From the NCBI GenBank assembly GCA_000043285.1, contig BX248583.1, forward strand, positions 570,001 to 602,000: a stretch of DNA of 32,000 nucleotides. The letters run 5' to 3'. Numbering within the stretch: position 1 is the first letter of the stretch; every line of letters starts with the position of its first letter. The position numbers and the translations under genes are program-made. This stretch comes from Candidatus Blochmanniella floridana (lineage in GTDB: Bacteria; Pseudomonadota; Gammaproteobacteria; Enterobacterales; Enterobacteriaceae). Positions 29,386 through 32,000 of the stretch are shown here, in pieces. The notes beneath the pieces are model-generated. The model had not been told where the DNA came from. It did not search any database and saw only the letters and a program-made list of their open reading frames with translations.

Positions 29386-30630
29386 TTAATATACTGGATG
29401 TCGATAACATATATCCAAAACATTTTTTTTTGCATTCAATATAATCTTTTCATTAGAAATATCATTTAAAATATTACAAATCCATCGCGCTACTTCTTGA
29501 ACATCATTATCATTAAATCCGCGACGAGTCACAGCAGCTGTTCCAATACGTATTCCTGATGTAATAAACGGACTATGGCTATCATTTGGTATACAATTTT
29601 TATTAACAATAATATTTGCACGCTCTAAAACTAAACTTGCATCTTTCCCTGTAATATAATGATTGGTTAAATCTAATATAAATAAATGATTATACGGAAT
29701 TCCTGAAACCACTGTAAAACCATTATTTAAAAACTCTTTTGCCATTTTTTGAGAATTAATAATAACTTGTTTTTGATATCTTTTAAAATCTACATGCATG
29801 GCTTCTTTAAAAGCTACTGCTTTAGCCGCAATGACATGCATAAGAGGACCACCCTGAGAACCAGGAAAAACTGAAGCATCTAATTTTCTATAAAATTCTA
29901 TATCATTATCTCCATTAGATAAAATTATTCCACCTCTAGGACCTGCTAACGTTTTATGAGTAGTAGCAGTTACTACATGTGCATAAGGAATCGGATTAGG
30001 ATATACTCCAGCTGCTACTAAACCTGCAATATGCGCCATATCAACAAAAAAGTAAGCTCCAACAGAATCAGCTATACGACGCATTCTAGCCCAATCCACA
30101 ATACCGGAATATGCAGAAAATCCTCCTATAATCATCTTGGGCCTATATCTTTCAGTTAAAAAACACAATTGTTCATAATCAATACATCCAAACTTATCCA
30201 CTCCATAAAATATAGTTTTATACAATTTACCCGAAAAATTCACTTTTGATCCATGAGTCAAATGTCCTCCATGATACAAATGCATCCCCAAAATCGTATC
30301 TCCAGGATCCAATAAAGCATTGAAAACAGAAAAATTTGCCTGAGATCCAGAATGCGGTTGTACATTTACATATTCAGCAGTAAACAATACCTTTGCTCTA
30401 TCTATAGCTAATTGTTCAATTAAATCAACATATTTACAACCCCCATAATAACGCTTACCAGGATAACCCTCAGCATATTTATTGGTAAGCTGAGAACCTT
30501 GAGCTTTCATAGCTTGTATACTAATATAATTTTCTGAAGCAACTAAATCAATATGTCGTTCTTGACGATTAATTTCTTTCTTAACTATATCCCACAATTC
30601 AATATCGTAATCCATAATATCATATACCAT
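29386..30630 (-). CDS. glyA: Serine hydroxymethyltransferase
   Basis: [86 protein letters not shown] (PLP Lys), [19 protein letters not shown] and [12 protein letters not shown]. The start is set to the ATG at 30630, because the ORF-track start at 30669 is a TTG. An ATG at 30615 is also possible. Confidence 0.96.
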   Translation of the reverse strand: MVYDIMDYDIELWDIVKKEINRQERHIDLVASENYISIQAMKAQGSQLTNKYAEGYPGKRYYGGCKYVDLIEQLAIDRAKVLFTAEYVNVQPHSGSQANFSVFNALLDPGDTILGMHLYHGGHLTHGSKVNFSGKLYKTIFYGVDKFGCIDYEQLCFLTERYRPKMIIGGFSAYSGIVDWARMRRIADSVGAYFFVDMAHIAGLVAAGVYPNPIPYAHVVTATTHKTLAGPRGGIILSNGDNDIEFYRKLDASVFPGSQGGPLMHVIAAKAVAFKEAMHVDFKRYQKQVIINSQKMAKEFLNNGFTVVSGIPYNHLFILDLTNHYITGKDASLVLERANIIVNKNCIPNDSHSPFITSGIRIGTAAVTRRGFNDNDVQEVARWICNILNDISNEKIILNAKKNVLDICYRHPVY

Positions 30631-30703
30631 TATTATTTTATCAATAACACTACCTTTTAACTCAAACAAACATTACCAACTGATCTCTATAAATCTTTTA
30701 TCA

Positions 30704-31183
30704 TTACAATATTTTTTTTCTACAAAATCTTCTCCTAATTTTGAAAAAACTGCTTATTTGATCAGAACAAATTTTTTCTAATACTCCACTTTTTATAACA
30801 AAACGATGATTACAATCATTCCTGATATATTTATTCCATATACTAAAATATTCAGTCTTTTTATTATGCGCCCCATACACTAATTTATAAACACGAGCAT
30901 GAATCATAGCCCCAATACACATCATACACGGTTCTAAAGTTACATATAAAGTAGTATTTAATAACCGATAATTTCCTAATACTTCAGCTCCTATACGTAA
31001 CGCTACAATTTCTGCATGAGCGCTAGGATCATTATTCTTTATCGAAGCATTATAACCACAACCTATGAGTCTTTCATTATACACTAACACTGCCCCCACT
31101 GATACATCTCCATTCAAATCAGCAATATTAGCCAACATTACTGCATAACACATCCATATTATCTCTATATCAACAGGATACAT
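30704..31183 (-). CDS. tadA: tRNA adenosine(34) deaminase
   Basis: 159 aa. VGAVLVYNERLIGCGYN, DPSAHAEIVALR (HAE zinc/catalytic motif), LYVTLEPCMMCIGAMIHARV (PCxxC) and FFKIRR are collinear with E. coli TadA. Confidence 0.9.
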   Translation of the reverse strand: MYPVDIEIIWMCYAVMLANIADLNGDVSVGAVLVYNERLIGCGYNASIKNNDPSAHAEIVALRIGAEVLGNYRLLNTTLYVTLEPCMMCIGAMIHARVYKLVYGAHNKKTEYFSIWNKYIRNDCNHRFVIKSGVLEKICSDQISSFFKIRRRFCRKKIL

Positions 31184-31326
31184 TAGTTTATTTATTATTT
31201 TTCATTTATACCATAAAAACATATAATCATAATAAAATTGTAAATCACATTTATTATAACAAATTTATATTTTTCATTAATTAATATTAATTACAGCATT
31301 TACAACAAAAATACATTCGTTCTTAT

Positions 31327-31704
31327 TTAACATTCAAAAATAACTATAGAACAAGCATATAAACCAGTATCAGAGACAGAAACATGAGTTCGCACTAAAT
31401 CTAATTTTTTTGCTAATACAGCAGCTTGAGAAAAAAAACGCAACATAGGCCTTCCTAAATCATCATTAAAAATTTCAAACTGACTAAATGTTATACCTTG
31501 ACTCATACCAGTTCCAAAAGCTTTCAGTACTGCTTCTTTTGCAGCAAAACGCTTCGATAGAAAACGAACAGGATATTCTTTACTATAATACAATTTTAAC
31601 TCTGATTTTCTAAGAATCCGTTTAGCTAATTTATCTCCACTACGTATAACTATTTTTTTTATCCTATTGATTTCTACAATATCTATACCAATACCATAAA
31701 TCAC
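31327..31704 (-). CDS. acpS: Holo-[acyl-carrier-protein] synthase
   Basis: 125 aa. GIGIDIVEINRI, SGDKLAKRIL, PVRFLSKRFAAKEAVLKAFGTG, FEIFNDDLGRP and VSVSD..YACSIVIFE are collinear with E. coli AcpS. It has a GTG start (cac at 31702-31704) that overlaps the pdxJ TGA stop as GTGA. Confidence 0.9.
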   Translation of the reverse strand: MIYGIGIDIVEINRIKKIVIRSGDKLAKRILRKSELKLYYSKEYPVRFLSKRFAAKEAVLKAFGTGMSQGITFSQFEIFNDDLGRPMLRFFSQAAVLAKKLDLVRTHVSVSDTGLYACSIVIFEC

Positions 31705-32000
31705 TGATCATCCTTTTTTCTAAATTCTTTCAATAATTCCTTCATATCTTTAATTGCTTTAGGTAAACCACAAAACACAGCACGACTCACAATAGCATGA
31801 CCGATATTTAATTCTCGTATTTGACTTAACATTGCAATAAATTTTACATTATCATAATTCAGACCGTGCCCTGCATTTATCATCAAACCATAACTTAATG
31901 CATGCTTTATACTTTTCTCTATACGTCGATACTCCAATATTCTATCCTCTTTATTTTTAGATTCAGCATATTTTCCGGTATTTAACTCAATACACCGAAC
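31701..32000 (-). CDS. pdxJ: Pyridoxine 5'-phosphate synthase, 3' part only; the gene continues past the right window edge
   Basis: The frame stays open to position 32000: ..VRCIELNTGKYAESKNKEDRILEYRRIEKSIKHALSYGLMINAGHGLNYDNVKFIAMLSQIRELNIGHAIVSRAVFCGLPKAIKDMKELL. This matches the E. coli PdxJ C-terminal third (..FIEIHTGCYADA..LGLKVNAGHGLTYHNV..ELNIGHAIIGRAV..). The ORF-track 'M' at 31937 is an internal codon, not the start. Confidence 0.9.
   Translation of the reverse strand, partial: VRCIELNTGKYAESKNKEDRILEYRRIEKSIKHALSYGLMINAGHGLNYDNVKFIAMLSQIRELNIGHAIVSRAVFCGLPKAIKDMKELLKEFRKKDDQ

Noticed and set aside
10945-30669. N-terminal extensions in the ORF track for ureG (to 10965), ureB (to 14069), ureA (to 14401), der (to 22011), ndk (to 26470), iscS (to 27969) and glyA (to 30669)
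   Set aside because: Where I checked the codon (ureG, ureB, der, iscS, glyA) the extension starts at a TTG. The ureA start codon was not checked, and the ndk extension starts at an ATG. The extensions add residues absent from homologues, and for ureA and ureB they would overlap the upstream gene. Internal ATGs that align with homologue N-termini were used instead.
1-32000. Search for tRNA or rRNA genes, CRISPR repeats, IS or transposase genes, integrase or phage genes, toxin-antitoxin or defence-system cassettes, or any multi-gene cluster of unknown function
   Set aside because: No G+C-rich islands with T-loop-like GGTTCGAA motifs occur in any spacer. There are no regularly spaced direct repeats. 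Every ORF over 100 codons has a clear housekeeping assignment. I therefore do not claim a novel system in this window.

Overview
This window is a very AT-rich, gene-dense and heavily reduced Enterobacterales-type chromosome segment. It is best explained as an obligate insect endosymbiont. E. coli-like gene order, a urease cluster and massive gene loss together suggest a Blochmannia-type carpenter-ant symbiont, but that is an unverified inference.

I can support 27 protein-coding genes, two of them truncated by the window edges: cysU', cysP, talA, tktB, dapE, a truncated bamC, dapA, bcp, upp, ureG-F-C-B-A-D, guaA, guaB, mqo, der, hisS, ndk, iscS, suhB, glyA, tadA, acpS and pdxJ'. There is also one unambiguous pseudogene (ispG), one probable eroded remnant (rlmN) and one doubtful small ORF.

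Gene order and strand follow the E. coli K-12 cysPU...talA-tktB...dapE...bamC-dapA...bcp...upp...guaAB...der-hisS-ispG-(rodZ)-rlmN-ndk...iscS...suhB...glyA...tadA...acpS-pdxJ region, as I recall it. The intervening genes are deleted. Two blocks are not collinear with E. coli: the urease cluster and mqo.

I see no tRNA or rRNA genes, CRISPR arrays, IS or phage genes, or defence or toxin-like cassettes. I do not find a convincing novel multi-gene system. The points worth a second look are all reductive-evolution oddities:
- a urease operon without ureE
- a nearly full-length dead ispG, next to a more eroded rlmN/rodZ graveyard, in a genome that keeps quinone-dependent Mqo
- a SuhB whose phosphatase motifs are degenerate
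- a BamC cut down to its BamD-binding N-terminus, with bamB/yfgM cleanly deleted nearby
- an orphan, C-terminally shortened iscS
- an unassigned small membrane-protein-like ORF beside the urease cluster

All homology statements come from reading the translations against reference sequences recalled from memory. No searches or statistics were run.
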